Origin: the human T2T-CHM13v2.0 reference genome, Homo sapiens
Assembly: GCF_009914755.1 (NCBI RefSeq)
Contig: NC_060937.1
DNA length: 64,000 nt
Reading direction: 5' to 3' (one strand)
Below the pieces are notes generated by a model. The model was not told the DNA's origin, did not search any database, and saw only the letters and a list, made by a program, of their open reading frames with translations. Position numbers and translations under genes: made by a program. Positions 17,586-31,849 of the stretch are shown in pieces. Position 1 is the first letter of the stretch. Each line of letters starts with the position of its first letter.

Positions 17586-17971
17586 TGAAATGGTTTGGCT
17601 TTGTCCTCACCCAAAATCTCATCTTGAATTTTAGTCCCCATAATTCCCATAATCCCCACATGTCAAGTGAGAGGCCAGGTGGAGGTAATTTAATCATAGG
17701 GGTGGTGTCCCCCATGCTGTTCTCATGATAGTGAGTGAGTTCTCACAAGATCCGATGGTTTTATAAGTGTTTGGTAGTTCCTTCTGCATTCTTTCTCCTT
17801 CCTGATGCCTTGTGAAGAAGGTGCCTTGCTTCCCCTTTGCCTTCTGCCATGATTGTAAGCTTCCTGAGGCCTCCCCAGCCATGCTGAACTGTGAGTCAAT
17901 TAAACCTGTTTCCTTTATAAATTACCCCTCTCAAGCAGTTCTTTATAGCAGTATGAAAATGGACTAATACA
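17586..17971 (+). mobile_element. THE1D-like MaLR solo LTR inside a degraded L1M remnant (~17100-18120)
   Basis: tga..tggtttggct..gaactgtgagtcaattaaacct..ggactaataca. TSD gtgtt/gtttt. Confidence 0.92.
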
Positions 17972-18220
17972 GTTTTCTATATAGCAGATAAAATCTGAAA
18001 AGACAATTAACAGCCAACAACAGGGAAATCCCCAAATAAGGATTGGTTCATACAATGGAAAACTATGCAGACTGAAAAATAATTTTGATAATAGAGAAAA
18101 ATTTTCAATATAATTTTTTTAAACATAGAAACTCATATACTTTTTAAAAAAATGTTAATGAACAATTGTTTTGAAGGGAAGAGGGGTTTTTAAAAATAAT
18201 GGCCCTTTTAAAAGTTCTGC

Positions 18221-19854
18221 TTATGGAGATACAGCTAACCTCCCTAGTTAGCTGTATTCCTAAGTATTTTAATTATTTGTGTAGTTATTCTGAATGGGAT
18301 TGGATTCTTGATTTGGCTGTCAGCTTGGATGTTGTTACTGTATAAAATGTTACTGATTTTTATACATTGATTTTGTATCCTGAAACTTTGTTGAAGTTGT
18401 CTAACAGATCCAGGAGCTTTTGGGCATAGACTGTGGTATAAAATCTTATTGTTTGTGAAGAGAGATAGTTTGACTTTGTCTCTTCTATTTGGATGGTTTT
18501 TATTTCTTTCTCTTGCCTGATTGCTCTGGCTAGGACTTCCTGTACTATGCTGAATAGGAATGATGAGAGAGGGCATCTTTGTCTTGTTCCAAGAATTACA
18601 AAACACTGCTCAAGGAAATCAGAGAAAACATGAACAAATAGAAAATCATTCCAAGCTCATGAATATGAATAATCAATATCATTAAAATGACCATACTGCT
18701 CAAAGCAACTTATAGATGCAAGCTATTCCTATCAAATTACCAATGACTACCCTGGAAGATAACCTAGGAAATACTATTCTATGCATAGGTCCTGGTGAAG
18801 AGTTCATGACAGAGATGCCAAAAGCAATTGCAACAAAAACAAAAATTGACAAATGGGATCTAATTAAACTAAACAGCTTTTGCACAGCAAAAGAAACTAT
18901 CATCAGAGCAAACAGGCAGCCTACAGAATGAGAGAAAATCCTTCCAAACTATGTATCTGACAAAGGTCTAATATATAGAATCTATAAGGAACTTAAATTT
19001 GCAAGCAAAAAAAAAAAAAACCTTACTAAAAAGTGAGCAAAAGACTTAGACGATTTTCAAAAGAAGAGATACACACAGCCAACAAGCATATGAAAAAAAT
19101 GCTCATCATCACTAATAATTAGAGAAATGCAAATCAAAACCACATTGAGATACCATCTTACACCAGTCAGAATGGCTATTACTGAACAGTAAAAAAAAAT
19201 AACATGCTGGCGGGAGAAAAGGGAACATATGTTGGTGGTGGGAATGTAAATTACCTCAACCACTGTGGAAAGCAGTTTGAAGATCTCTAAAAGAACTTAA
19301 AACAGAACTACCATTCAATCCAGTAATCCCATTATTGGGTATATATCTGAGAAATAAAAAACATTCTACCATAAAGACACATGCACACGTATGTTTATCA
19401 CAGCACTACTTGCAATAGCAAAGACATGGAATCAACCTAAATTTCCAGCAACAGTAGACTGGATAAAGAACTATGGTACACATACACCATGGAATACTAT
19501 GCAGCCACATAACAAGAATAAGATTGTGCCCTTTGCAGCAGCATGGATGGAGCTGGAGGTCATTATCCTAAGCGAACTAATGCAGGAAGAGAAAACCAAA
19601 TGTTACATGTTCTCACTTATAAGTGGGAGCTAAACATTGAGTACATATGAACACAAGGGAAAAACAGGCACCAGGGTTTACTTTACAGTGGAAAGTAGGA
19701 GGAGGGACAGGATAAAAAAACTACCTATTGGGTACTATGCTTATTACCTGGGTGATGAAACAACCTGTACACCAAACCCTCATGACCTACAACTTACCTA
19801 TATAACAAACCTGCGCATGTACCCCTGAACCTAAAATAAAGTTTTTTCTTAAAA
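18221..19854 (+). mobile_element. L1PA15/16-like element with 5' inversion (18241-18590 on minus strand) and internal deletion
   Basis: Minus-strand ORF2 segment followed by its plus-strand continuation. 3'UTR 'actacctattgggtactatgcttattacctgggtgatg'. TSD aaaagttctgc at 18210-18220 and 19855-19865. Confidence 0.92.
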
Positions 19855-20037
19855 AAAAGTTCTGCATCATTTTAACATACTTTGAATAAGTGCCTGCCTA
19901 AAAAAGACAGTCTTTCATTTTGCTAAGATGAAGGACTGCATTCTATTTGTGAGTGATCTTTGAATGTAATCACAATGCCAGCTTTTCTACAGTCTGTCCT
20001 AACTTTCTACATAACAGTGTCAAAAAGCAAAAATAAA

Positions 20038-20358
20038 CAAGGTGCAATGATGCACACCTATAGTCTCAGCTACCTGAGAGGCTGAGGCAGGAGGATCACT
20101 TGAGCTCAGGAGCTCGAGACAATCCTAGGCAACATAGTGAGACCCATATCTGAAGAAAAAAAAAGTATTTAATTAGCTGGGTGTGGTGTCTCATGCCTGT
20201 AGTCCCAGCTACTCGGGAGGCTGAAGCAGGAGGATCAGGAAGATCACTTGAGGCCAGGAGCTCAAGGCTGCAGTGAGTTATGATGACACCCCTGCACACT
20301 AGCTTAGGGGACAGAGCAACAGGCCACATCTCTAAAATAAATAGATAAATAAAAAATA
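20038..20358 (+). mobile_element. AluJ
   Basis: Diverged dimer with gaggatcacttgag..gctcaaggctgcagtgag and an A-rich tail. Confidence 0.92.
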
Positions 20359-20559
20359 TAAGGACATAAAAATCTCACTTGAATTATAATATATCAATAT
20401 TATTAATTTGAAAATATGGAGTCTACCATGAGTCCATCATTGTTCTGTGTAAGGGAACACTGAAGTTGAAGTATCAACAAATTTATTAAAATTAGTTTTA
20501 TCATTTTGATGTTGGGCCCATAGCCCTTGAATAATCAAAGTGACCATTTAAAATATTTC

Positions 20560-20670
20560 ACAATGTTGATAATTGCTGAGGGTGGGTGATGGGTACATGG
20601 GGATTGATTCCATTATTCTATCTAATTTTGTGTATATTCTGAAATTTTCATGATAAAAATTGAAAAGTAA
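20560..20670 (+). mobile_element. L1M(D/E) 3' end fragment
   Basis: aatgttgataattgctgagggtgggtgatgggtacatgggg..gaaattttcatgataaaaa. Confidence 0.7.
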
Positions 20671-21397
20671 AATAATTTACATGAAATGGGTTAAAGCATG
20701 TTTAATTTACAATGATTAATTTTCTAAAACTTAAATTCTGAACTTTTCTCCATACTATATATACACTTTTCCAGTTAACAGAGTTTGAAAATGCAAATCT
20801 TTTATTTAAACAAGGATGAACAGTAAAACAATATGTTTGCATAGGTATAAACTCTCTGTGCATTGTAAACATCTTTACTATATTGTAAATGTTACTTTAT
20901 AAAATAACATGTATGAAATTTTGTATTGGAAGGGATCTTCTTATATAGAAAAGTTATATCATATTTATAGATTCATTTTTAATAACCTAGCATTTTATTT
21001 TAGGATCAATAATTCTGTCTTTATAAGCAAACTAATTCTACTGGGCACTTTTTTGTATGGCTTTATTGTTAAATGTATTTGCAATTGGACAAGCTGTTTC
21101 ATTTTCCACATTTAATACACTTTAATCACCATAAAATAATAAAAGCATTTTAGATTTATAAGAACTTTAGAAATCATCTAACTATGAAATAATTATGGGC
21201 AAGTCCAATGACTTCATCATTATATCCCTAATTTTGAGCATTCAACAAAAAAGCATTGCACTGAATAGATTTAGTATATTTTCCCATCTGGCGTGGGACT
21301 TTTGCCCATAACATTCCTGACTGATGGATGTATTAGTCTCTATACAAATCCTTCCAGTAACAAGGTTCTCATTTTTCAGGTGTTTATTAAATATCCC

Positions 21398-21884
21398 TGT
21401 GTTAGTTTTCTAAGGTTGCTATTATCATCTACCCCAATCTGAATGGCTTAAAACAACAAAAATTTATTCTCTCACTGTTCTAGTGGCCAAAAGTCCAATA
21501 TCAAGGTGTCAGTAGGGCCACACTCCGTCTGCATAGGAGAGAATATTTCCTTTGCTCTTCCTAGCTGTTGGTGGTTGGCTAGTCATTCTTCTGCATTCCT
21601 TGGCTCACAGCTGCAGCACTTCAATCTCTGCCTTCATCGTCACATGCCGTTCTTCTCTTTATGTCTGTGTCTTTATGTGATATTTACCCCTCCTGAATCT
21701 GTGTCAAAATTTCCTTCTACTTATAAAGACACCAGTCATATTGATTTAGGGCTCACCCTAATCACCAGCCTCATCTCAATTTGAGCCCAGCTGCAAAGAC
21801 CTTATTTCCGATAAGAACACATTCCTAGATCTTGAGAGTAAGGACTTTGTGTATCTTTTGAGGGACATAATTCACGCCATAACA
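21398..21884 (-). mobile_element. MLT1C/D MaLR solo LTR
   Basis: tgtgttagttttct..ggcttaaaacaacaaaaatttattctctcac..ataaagacaccagtcatattgatttagggc..ataaca. Confidence 0.9.
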
Positions 21885-21999
21885 CTAATATACAAAATAA
21901 CGGGACACAGTTGTAGAAAGTGGAGGGTGTTCTTTGGACAATCCCTAAATTCTCTAGAATGAGGTTTTCTCATTTTTAAGGTAGTCGAATGAAATTGCA

Positions 22000-22240
22000 T
22001 GATAATAAAAGATAGGAACACCTACTGTGTACTGATCATATGCTAGGCAAAAGTTCTGTCCACCATGCAGTAATAACTCTGAGCCTCCCAGAGACTCCAC
22101 TAGCTAGCAAGTCCAGCCCCATTTTATGGTTATACGTACTTGAGGCATAGAGAGGTAAAGTAGCTTTTCCAAGCTCACACAACTAGTAAATGAAGACGTC
22201 GGGAAACGTATTCAAGCAATCTATGTTTCAACCCCATCTT
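22000..22240 (-). mobile_element. MIR
   Basis: cccattttatgg..tgaggcatagagaggtaaagtagcttttccaagctcacacaactagtaaatg. Confidence 0.8.
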
Positions 22241-22324
22241 GGTTAGATCAGATAGTTCATTCTGAGTCTCAGATCCTTGCTTCAAACTTTCACTACTGCT
22301 CTTAGCTGTGCCTTAGCACTCACT

Positions 22325-22500
22325 GCTCCTTCCATGCGAAGTCCTTTAAATATTTGAAGATGGCTATTATGGTCTAACTAGTCTTTTCTTCCTCAAGACA
22401 AACATTGTAAGTTCTTTCAATCATTTTTTATGTTGAATCACTTTCAAATCTTTCAATTTAAATAATCCTTAGTTCATTATGCAGAATACTGGAATTATGA
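22325..22500 (-). mobile_element. L3/CR1 fragment
   Basis: aaatatttgaagatggctattatg..agtcttttcttcctcaagacaaacat..agttctttcaatc. Confidence 0.6.
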
Positions 22501-24260
22501 TTGCCTACATTATAGTGCTTCTAACTGAAGTTTATATATATATGGACAAAACCTCATGAGTATCCAGAATTCACGAATTACATGATGTGAATTGAATAAA
22601 TGCATTTTTATAGATTTCATATTAGTAGGGGTGGAGTTAATAAAGCTTCCTACACATTTTGATACTGCTATTCTACTTTGAATGCTAGGCAACTCTGAAT
22701 ATTTTGAAGGATTCGTAATAACTATTACTTCCCCATTTGTGATAAAAAGATCAAGTAAAATGGATGTGAAGGGCCTTAGGGATTGTTTCATGTAAAATTG
22801 CAATGCCCCTTTTTATATCACATCTCCGCTCCCAAGAGATTTCTGAAAGGATTTAGTCAAACATGAAACTTTTTGTTCTATTTGTAAGTAATGTATTTTT
22901 ATTTCAGAATCAAATCTAATATGCTGCTTTCTATTTTTGGACCTTAAAAATAGCACAAAAAGCTCTTAGATCTTCATTGGGGTCCACATACATGTGTCTG
23001 CAATTGGATTAGATAAATTGGAACTTCATGAAAATGAGATAGAGTTAAAGTATTTCATGGTCTGGTTTCTTCATAAGAAATAATATAATTTTATCATGGT
23101 GCCCTGGTGCTAGACAAATTCTGAAGCCAACTGTAGGCTTTTATCAAAAATTAAACTTTGACGTAGAGCCAAGATTCTGGTTTTCAGCTAAGATGCTTTA
23201 TATCTATGGCAGCTTTGCACTTCATGGACTAATTGCCATAACACATGGTTATTGATGCAGAGTCCTCCATGGTTCCTTTTGCTCTAACAGACTTGCATAT
23301 TAAAAATGGAAGCTTTAACATATTTAATAGCACAAGTGACTAAGTTGTCAGAAATTTTCACACTTAAATGCTGACAGCCTCATCCCCTTGAAGTAAGGAC
23401 ATTCTTTTTTCCTATTCTTCATTCACTCTTCTGCCTGTTATCACTAATATTGCTCGGATTGTCAGATGCTGGCATCTGGCAAATCCAATTCTTACTGGCC
23501 CAGAGCATGTGCTAATTATATCCTACAGCTAATTAGAAAGCATCCTCTTTGCTAGAGAACAGTTTATTTAGCTCATCAATGAATAAGACTTGATTTGAAT
23601 CTTGATTTAAAAATCAAAGGGAAATGGAAATGGGATGAGGTAGAGGAAAAGATACCCTTCATAATGCAGGAATCCTTGTTAATTAAATTTTAAAAATGAA
23701 TATAGATTTTGCATAAGATCTGGAAGGAGGGGAATTTAGACTAAAACACTAATTTCAAGAAACTTACTTATGTTTAAAATATGTTATTTTAAAATCTCAA
23801 AATAACTGTAGTAGAGGCATCAATGACCTAATTTTAAAACAGGTCAGATTCCTTAGAAAGGGATTGGGAAGCTTGTGTTTTATTGATGACTATTTCGTGA
23901 ACAACATACATGATTCAATACTTGTGCTTAGATTGGGTTCTTCTGAACAATCAAATTTCTGTAGTCAGTATTTAATTGTCCTGTAGTCAGTAATTTAATT
24001 ACTTACAAAGGATTTACTAAAGAAAAGTTACAGTTCCTTTTATTACCTGAGCTTTACCATGACTTTGGAGATAACTTAGGTAGGTATTAACCATTCAGAT
24101 ATATATAATAACCTGGTTCATTCACTTTTTTTCCTCTTTATCTGCCCAGTCAAATCTGAGCACTACATGTAGCATAGAAAGACATTTTCATGCTAATTTT
24201 CAAAATTGCTGTCAATTTACCATGACTAATTAAAATGTGAAGCTCCATAACATTTTAAGC

Positions 24261-24452
24261 CAGTGGTTCTCCACCCTGGTTGCACTTTAGAATCATCTAG
24301 GGAAGCTTTTTAAAAATATTCAATATTGTCCCCCACTTGCCACCTCCCCACATACAAATTCATTCAGAATTTCTGGGCATGGGACCCAGGAAACATTTTA
24401 TTTTTAAGTCTTCTGGGTGATTCAAATGTGTCTATAGATTGAGAATAATCAT
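24261..24452. mobile_element. MER5A-like hAT MITE
   Basis: cagtggttctc..tagaatcatctagggaagctttttaaaaata..ggtgattc..ttgagaa. Confidence 0.85.
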
Positions 24453-24901
24453 TCTGTGAGATAGTTGGTCACAAAAGATTGAGAAGCCATAATAAAGCTT
24501 TCTTGAATTTCTTAAGAAACAGATAAAAGCAGGAGGTCAATTAATGAAAATAATTAGTTATTTTAGCTCGGATAATCTCAGAGATATCTGTGTCCTACAC
24601 AGCAGGGTTCTGTAAGGGGCACATGGATACCTCTGAGAAGCTGATGATGACTTCCTACTGCCAAAGCAGGCAAACACATGAAACTGGCATGGATGATGAT
24701 ATATTTCACAGAAAATCAGAATCTGTGACTCCCTGAAAGAAGGAATGTTCTCAGAGATAAAAGAACTGAAATCAAAAAATAAAGCCCCCAATTTTATGTA
24801 CTGAGCCATGCAGGCAGAGATTATATTGATGAATAATTATTTTTAAGATAGAAAAACTTTCCCCAAGGACATTTACTTGTTTCATTTTAAGAAAATAAGG
24901 T

Positions 24902-25215
<314 letters not shown>

Positions 25216-27650
25216 CTAATTCTTTCCTGAATCTCACACTCTTCCCTCCTGATCGGCGTATCCTGCACCTAAAATAAAGAGGACTCATGCATTGCTTATT
25301 CCAGTCTAGCTTCCTGATTATTAAAAAAAAAAATTACAAATTTTATCTATTCCCTTTCCTTTAAATTATATTGGACTGATGCTATTAAAGCAGACCTCCA
25401 AATTTTAAAGTCCTTTAGATTTCAACCTCAAATTACTAAGGGGTAGAGTAGCTATCCACTTCAAGGTCTATTTTATAGTCTAAACTTTATTTCATTTTTT
25501 CTCTCTACAATCACCACCCAATGCTGTCTGATTTTCTTTGAACCATTCTTAGATGATCTCATTCAAATCATGTTCTTTAAATGTTCTCAATTCACCTTTT
25601 TCTATTACAACCCTAGAAGTGTAAGGTGTTAAAATCAACTCTGAAGCTATTCTAGCTACGTTCACTCAGCCTAATAATTCCTAGATTATGCTATGCTTTT
25701 TTAAAGCACACAATTAGCAACTCATTGGGTAGTTTGAATCAAAGAATTTCTTAGAAGTTATCACATGTAAATCCATTGGCCTGCATAAGTAATCCAAACT
25801 ATATCAATATTTTTTTAAGTTAAGAATATTTTGAGATTCCTATTCATGCTGTTTTTTGTCTCTTTTCAGTCAAGTCATTATCCCTAAAATATTGTTATTA
25901 ACAGACAAGTAGCAGACTAGATTCATATCAGTGGCACACTAAACATCACGGTGCATGCTTCCAACACAGGAAGGAATGAAAAACTGATAAAAAGGACTAG
26001 AAAGTTAACTGATAAAAAGACTATAGTATAAAAGTTGATATGTATATACAAATGTATCTCCACCGAAATGTATTGTGGAAGATCAGTAAAAAAAAGTTTT
26101 CCACCAAACAGTAGGACACCTAAGGAACGCTGAAGAAGTGGTACACACAACATGGCCCTTCTGATTTCTACTTTTGTGTGCTAGTAGGTAGTGTGTTGGA
26201 TTGGAGATTAAAATATCTATGGCACCGAATAACAGGAAAAATGTCTTTTAAATCAAAGTTAACTCTTGATTCTCTGGTAATTAGATTTAATTTTATTATA
26301 GTCATTAATATTGACTAGTCCCTGTAGGTGAGTTCTCCTTACAGGACACTTATGCATGCTTATATGGGACTTACTTTAAAGTAGGCCACTTACGATGTAA
26401 CTTATGTATATTTATATACTTATAAATATTGTAATTTACCCTATTCTCCCTAAAGGCTACCCATTTCAACTTCTTACATGGATACATTTCTTTGTTTATA
26501 GTTTATAGCTTATCCCATATAGTTTCATATATAGATGATGATTGGAAAAAGCAATTGGAAAATAATATAAAGCTTAGCTCATCCCTAAGAAGCAGAAAAA
26601 TCATTATATAATATGTAAAATTTTGCACACAGTAAATATCCGTTTAATATTTAAAGAAAGAGAGTAGAATTCAGAATCAGTCTTGCCAACATATATCCAA
26701 GCTACTACAAAAGAACATTTATGATTGCCATAAAATTTACCAAGAATTTCTGGAGAATATATTTTTATCCAAAATATCCTTTCATTTTCAAAATATTCTT
26801 TGGTGCTTTATAATTATCTAAACAATTATATGATATCAGAATATGAGACATCACGTTGTAGCTCTACAATTTTTCACTTCTTCTCTAATTCTTATTTATA
26901 GAACTTATCAAATTTGAGTTTCATCACAAATCTAAGTTCAAATACTAAGAATTTTTACTGGAGAATAAGAGGCCTTAGCTCAAATACTAACTATACTAAG
27001 AAGTAAAATATTTTGTATTTCACAAATACTAAGATCAAATTGTGACCCTTCTATAGTCCTCTGTGCTGCACTATAGCTGTGAGTCATCACTTTTGGGAGG
27101 CTCTGTTCAGTAGGAGTTAAGAGCCCAGCCAACAGACTATAATTACATTATTCAATGATCTGCAGCCTGTGCCTCGAGCAACTTCTCACCACATTAGTAG
27201 TGGCAATGAAAGCTGGAAAACTATGTGTACAAATTAAAACAGAGAAAAATAAATCAGAAGTGAAAACCATTGTTTGTAAAGGGGCTTCAGATTAGAAAAA
27301 TTACAGTTTCAGCATCTGAGATCTCACTCAAGTTCAAATGTCGGTCCGATCAAGAATCCATCCAAAAAAGTATTTGCTTAAACCATTTTGGGTTGAGTAC
27401 ATTTGCTGGAGAGTTAAACTGCTGTAACCTAGGCCATCAGCAGGAACATTTTAACTAATGGAAGCTAGTGTTTGCTAATTTCCAGCTTGAAACATCAAAA
27501 TATAAATATGAAAAAGGATAATTTAGCAAGTAATCATCAATATTTGATTAATACAGAGAAATCTATCCCCAACCACTCACCAACTAGATTTCTGAATACA
27601 GTCAGAAAAGTACCATTACCTCCAAGTCATTGGTTTAAAAAAACAAGTAA

Positions 27651-27652
<2 letters not shown>

Positions 27653-27686
<34 letters not shown>
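27653..27686. repeat. (TG)n microsatellite
   Basis: About 16 TG units. Confidence 0.98.
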
Positions 27687-27693
<7 letters not shown>

Positions 27694-28140
27694 GTCCATT
27701 CAGGCTGCTAGAACAAAATACCTTGGATTGGGTAATTTATAAACAACAGAAATTTATTAATTTATTTCTCAGTGTTCTCGAGGTTAGGAAGTCCAAGTTC
27801 AAGGTGTCAGCAGATTCAGTGTCTAGTGAGGGCCCACTCTCTACTTCTAAGATGGTGCTTCTTGCTCACGTGGTAAAAGCGGCAAAAAATCTCTCTTGGG
27901 CCTCTTTTTAAGAGCACAAATCCAATTAATGAGGGGTCCACCCTCATGACCTTGTGACGTCCCAAAGCCTTCACCTCTTAATACCAACTCATTGGGGATT
28001 AGATTTCAGCATCTGAATTCTGGAGAAACACAAACATTCAGAACACAGCACTGCCCAAAGACCTTATCTCCTAATTCCATCACCTTGGGGGTTAGAATAT
28101 CAATACATAAATTTGGGGCAGCACAAACTTTTAGACTATT
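27686..28140 (-). mobile_element. MaLR LTR (MLT1A/MSTD-like) followed by a second LTR terminus (28051-28140)
   Basis: ttagtccattcaggctgct..aacattcagaacacagca, then again cccaaagacc..caccttgggggttag..cacaaac. Confidence 0.8.
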
Positions 28141-30125
28141 ATATATATTTTTTCACAGTAATATATGTAATATATAGTAATATATACAAATATATAATAT
28201 ATTTGTAATTTATATATTCACAATATTAGTTAAAAGAAATATGTACCTACTTAAATCAGCCAGTAGCCTAGTGGAACAAATCATGTATATCAGGTTGGAT
28301 TTCAAACACAGGCAAAAGAACAACCTTTGTTTGCATCACAAAAGAAACTATGCCTGGTTGGAACACTGCCATACCACTAAGTGATCTACTGATAACTTGT
28401 GGCTCAAAATGTTTCTATCATCATATTCCTTCCTTTGGTAGTACTACACACACTTTGATGTTGAGATAACATGTACACTTCACATGCAAGACACAATAGC
28501 AGAAATTGCTCCCTTGATTTAGCCAGTAGTTATTTATGAATGTTGAACGGTGCAAAATTGTGGTTATCTGCAGATCCTCATTAGTAACACCTCATACTAT
28601 TTCTGCAAAGGCAAATGCACTTTGACATTCAATATTTTTTCTTCACAATTATTTGAATTTTCTCTGAACAGAAGTAGAAAATAGGTCATCGTACCCACGG
28701 TTTAAATAGCAAGACAGTTTATTTTAGATTGTGGTGAAAGCCAATAGCTTAGGTGTTCTAATAAATAAAATTGCTCCTCCTTTCACAATGTAAAATGCCA
28801 GAATGCTGTTACTTCTTTTCAGGCTATTGTGTAAAAGTTAGTTCTATGGGTAAAAATCCCTTAAGTGTTCCAGACCCTATTGGTGAAATTTAGTTGCTCT
28901 AACCGAAAAATAAAAACTATAAAACCTAAGAAGCAAGAATAGATAACACTTGGAAAATCGTAAGTGCAGAGACTGTTTGGAAGGAAACAAGTAGCAAAAA
29001 ACTAAAACCCTCCTATTTTAATATTAGTTATAACTTAGGTTACACTTGAGACATTCTGGGCATTCATCAAGTAACTGTTTATTAAAACTATTTGAAGGAC
29101 TCTAGACAAGACCACAAAGAAGGCAAAATCTCCAGAAGCAATTTTGTTCACCTACTTCTCCATCCCTTCACGAGTCTGGGGACTTGATCCATCCCTATCT
29201 GCCTGATGTCCCCAGAAGGGATCTTGTCGCTCTGTTATTCTGAACATGCCATTTTGTTAAATCCTTACTTGTCTCTTTTCTTCATGAAAGCATACCTGCC
29301 ATAAATTTTGTTTCCTCAGAACATGTCAGATAGTGATATTCCAATTTCACCTTGAGTAACTTTCTTTTATGCACTCTATTTAAAAATCTATGGGATTAAA
29401 ATAAGCATCTCCCTTATTCCAAGAAAGATAATGTATTTAGACTATTTATATTATTTCTTTATTCACATATTCTTTCTTCTTCTCTCTTTCCTTCTTTCTT
29501 TCGACATTCTTTTAAGGCCTTAGGAGCTGTTGTTAACCCCAATGACACTGTGTCTTGAAGGAACAGCCTCTTACATATCTTTGAACAGTACCTAATAATA
29601 GCACTTGGTAGTTACACAATAACTGTTAGTTGAACTTAACTAAATTACCTCCAATTTACTCCATAGTTGTGTATAATTAAAGGAGAACTCTTGGCCCTGA
29701 TTATGACTAGTTAATGTAAAAAGTAAAAATTTTAAGTTTACTGGATGACTTTGGAGAGTCATTAGCCATCAACATATCAAAGAATAATTCCTTGCACTAC
29801 TCCCTGAAGAGCAAACAGCTTAGTTACCCTCCAAGAGAAATACTTGGTGTCATATCAAAGCTTGTAATGCTCCTGCATCAGTTCACATGGCTTTCATTCT
29901 AAGGACTTATATTTCAAATGGTTATTTTTTTGTCCATTTGCTTTCTACATACAGAATGCATGTCAGTAGGTTTTTATTTCAATCACGCTGGGAGATTCCT
30001 TCTTACCTACCAGCTCATTCACCTGTTGCTGTAAGTTAACTTTGTATATACCACACAACTTAGATTCCAAGTTATACACTGATTCCAAGTTATACACACC
30101 CACAAACACACACACACACACACAG

Positions 30126-30831
30126 TGTTAGGGTTCTCTAGCAAAACAGAACAGGATGTGTGTGTGTGTGTGTACATACGTATAGATATATACATACATA
30201 AAGTCTCTCTGCTTCTGTCTCTGCATGCGTGTGTGTGTATATATATGCATGAATTTTAGGTGGTGAGTATAATTAATTTGTTTTCACTCATAAGATTGAT
30301 GGTATTAGTCCCTTTACAAGTTAAGATTTAAATGGGTTAAGCATCTTACCCATTTTAGACCTTTATTAATTCAGCAGATATTTATTAAGCTCTTACTATG
30401 TGCCAGGCAGTGAACAAGACAGGTATATTTGTGCACATATATATATACACACACATACACACGCACACAAACACACATGCAGACAGAGACAGAAACAGAG
30501 AGATTTTAAGGAACTGGCTATGTGATCGTGGAGGCAAGTCCAAAATCTTCAGGATAAACCAGCAGGCTACATACCCAGAGAAGAGCTGCAATTGGAGGCC
30601 AAAAGCAGTCTGCTGGTAGAATTCCATCTTGCCTGGGAGGTTATTCCTTTTTATTAAGGCCTTCAGCTGATTGGATGAAGCCCATCCACATTATGGAGAA
30701 TCAACTGATTTATGCAAATTCTGCTCATTTAAATATTAATCTCTTCTTTAAAATATCTTCATGCAAACATCAAGAATAATGTTTGATGTTTGATGGTCTA
30801 GCCATATTGACACATAACGTTAACCATCATA
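30126..30831 (-). mobile_element. MLT2 (ERVL) LTR carrying a templated insertion at 30204-30422
   Basis: tgttagggttctctagcaaaacagaac..ttaaggccttcagctgattggatgaagccc..ttgacacataacgttaaccatcata. Confidence 0.88.
30252..30422 (+). repeat. 171-bp dispersed duplicate of 32549-32719
   Basis: Ungapped match, 13 mismatches in 171 nt counted by eye. Confidence 0.97.
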
Positions 30832-30948
30832 CACTCCCAGCATTTGGGTTCTCCTATACGGCTTTAAAAGATGAAGAAACTTAAATTTGTTCATGTAACA
30901 ACATAGTTAATCAACCTTACTGTGAGGCTGGTACAGTTCTGTTTGTTA

Positions 30949-31331
<383 letters not shown>

Positions 31332-31849
31332 TTAAACACAAACACATAAGGCTTGTAGAATTAAGTTGCTAGCATAAAGACTGTCATGCTTTATGATACA
31401 TACTAGAAGAATTTTCACTTCTCATAACATTTGTTTCTTAACTAGCTCCCATAAAACTTCTTTATTATAGAGTTCATAAAGCATTTTTCACCTCCTAAAT
31501 TCAATTCTTAAAGTAGCTATTAAGTGCCTACAATGTACCCATTTGTAGTGTTATTAATAGCAATTATGATACCAACTCTAACCAGCAAAAAGAGAGTGCA
31601 AGGCAATGAAAATGTCTAAATAACTTGTATACTATAATTTTCTTGGTGATGGTAGAATTCTCTTCTGTATATACATAACAAGAAAATATTAAGCTTTGTC
31701 CCTGTATTTAAATAGGAAAACATGTTTTCTCTGACAATAAAAAGTCCAGGTAAAGAAAGATAAGTAAGGTGATTCTCACTTCCTTCAGCCATTTTCCTAG
31801 AATGTACCTCTAGTTATATCAAGTAAATGCTAAAAAATCTTTAATAGAG

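Noticed and set aside
30063-30097. 18-bp-period tandem duplication gattccaagttatacac
   Set aside because: Ordinary slippage duplication, although it lies near the complex insertion.
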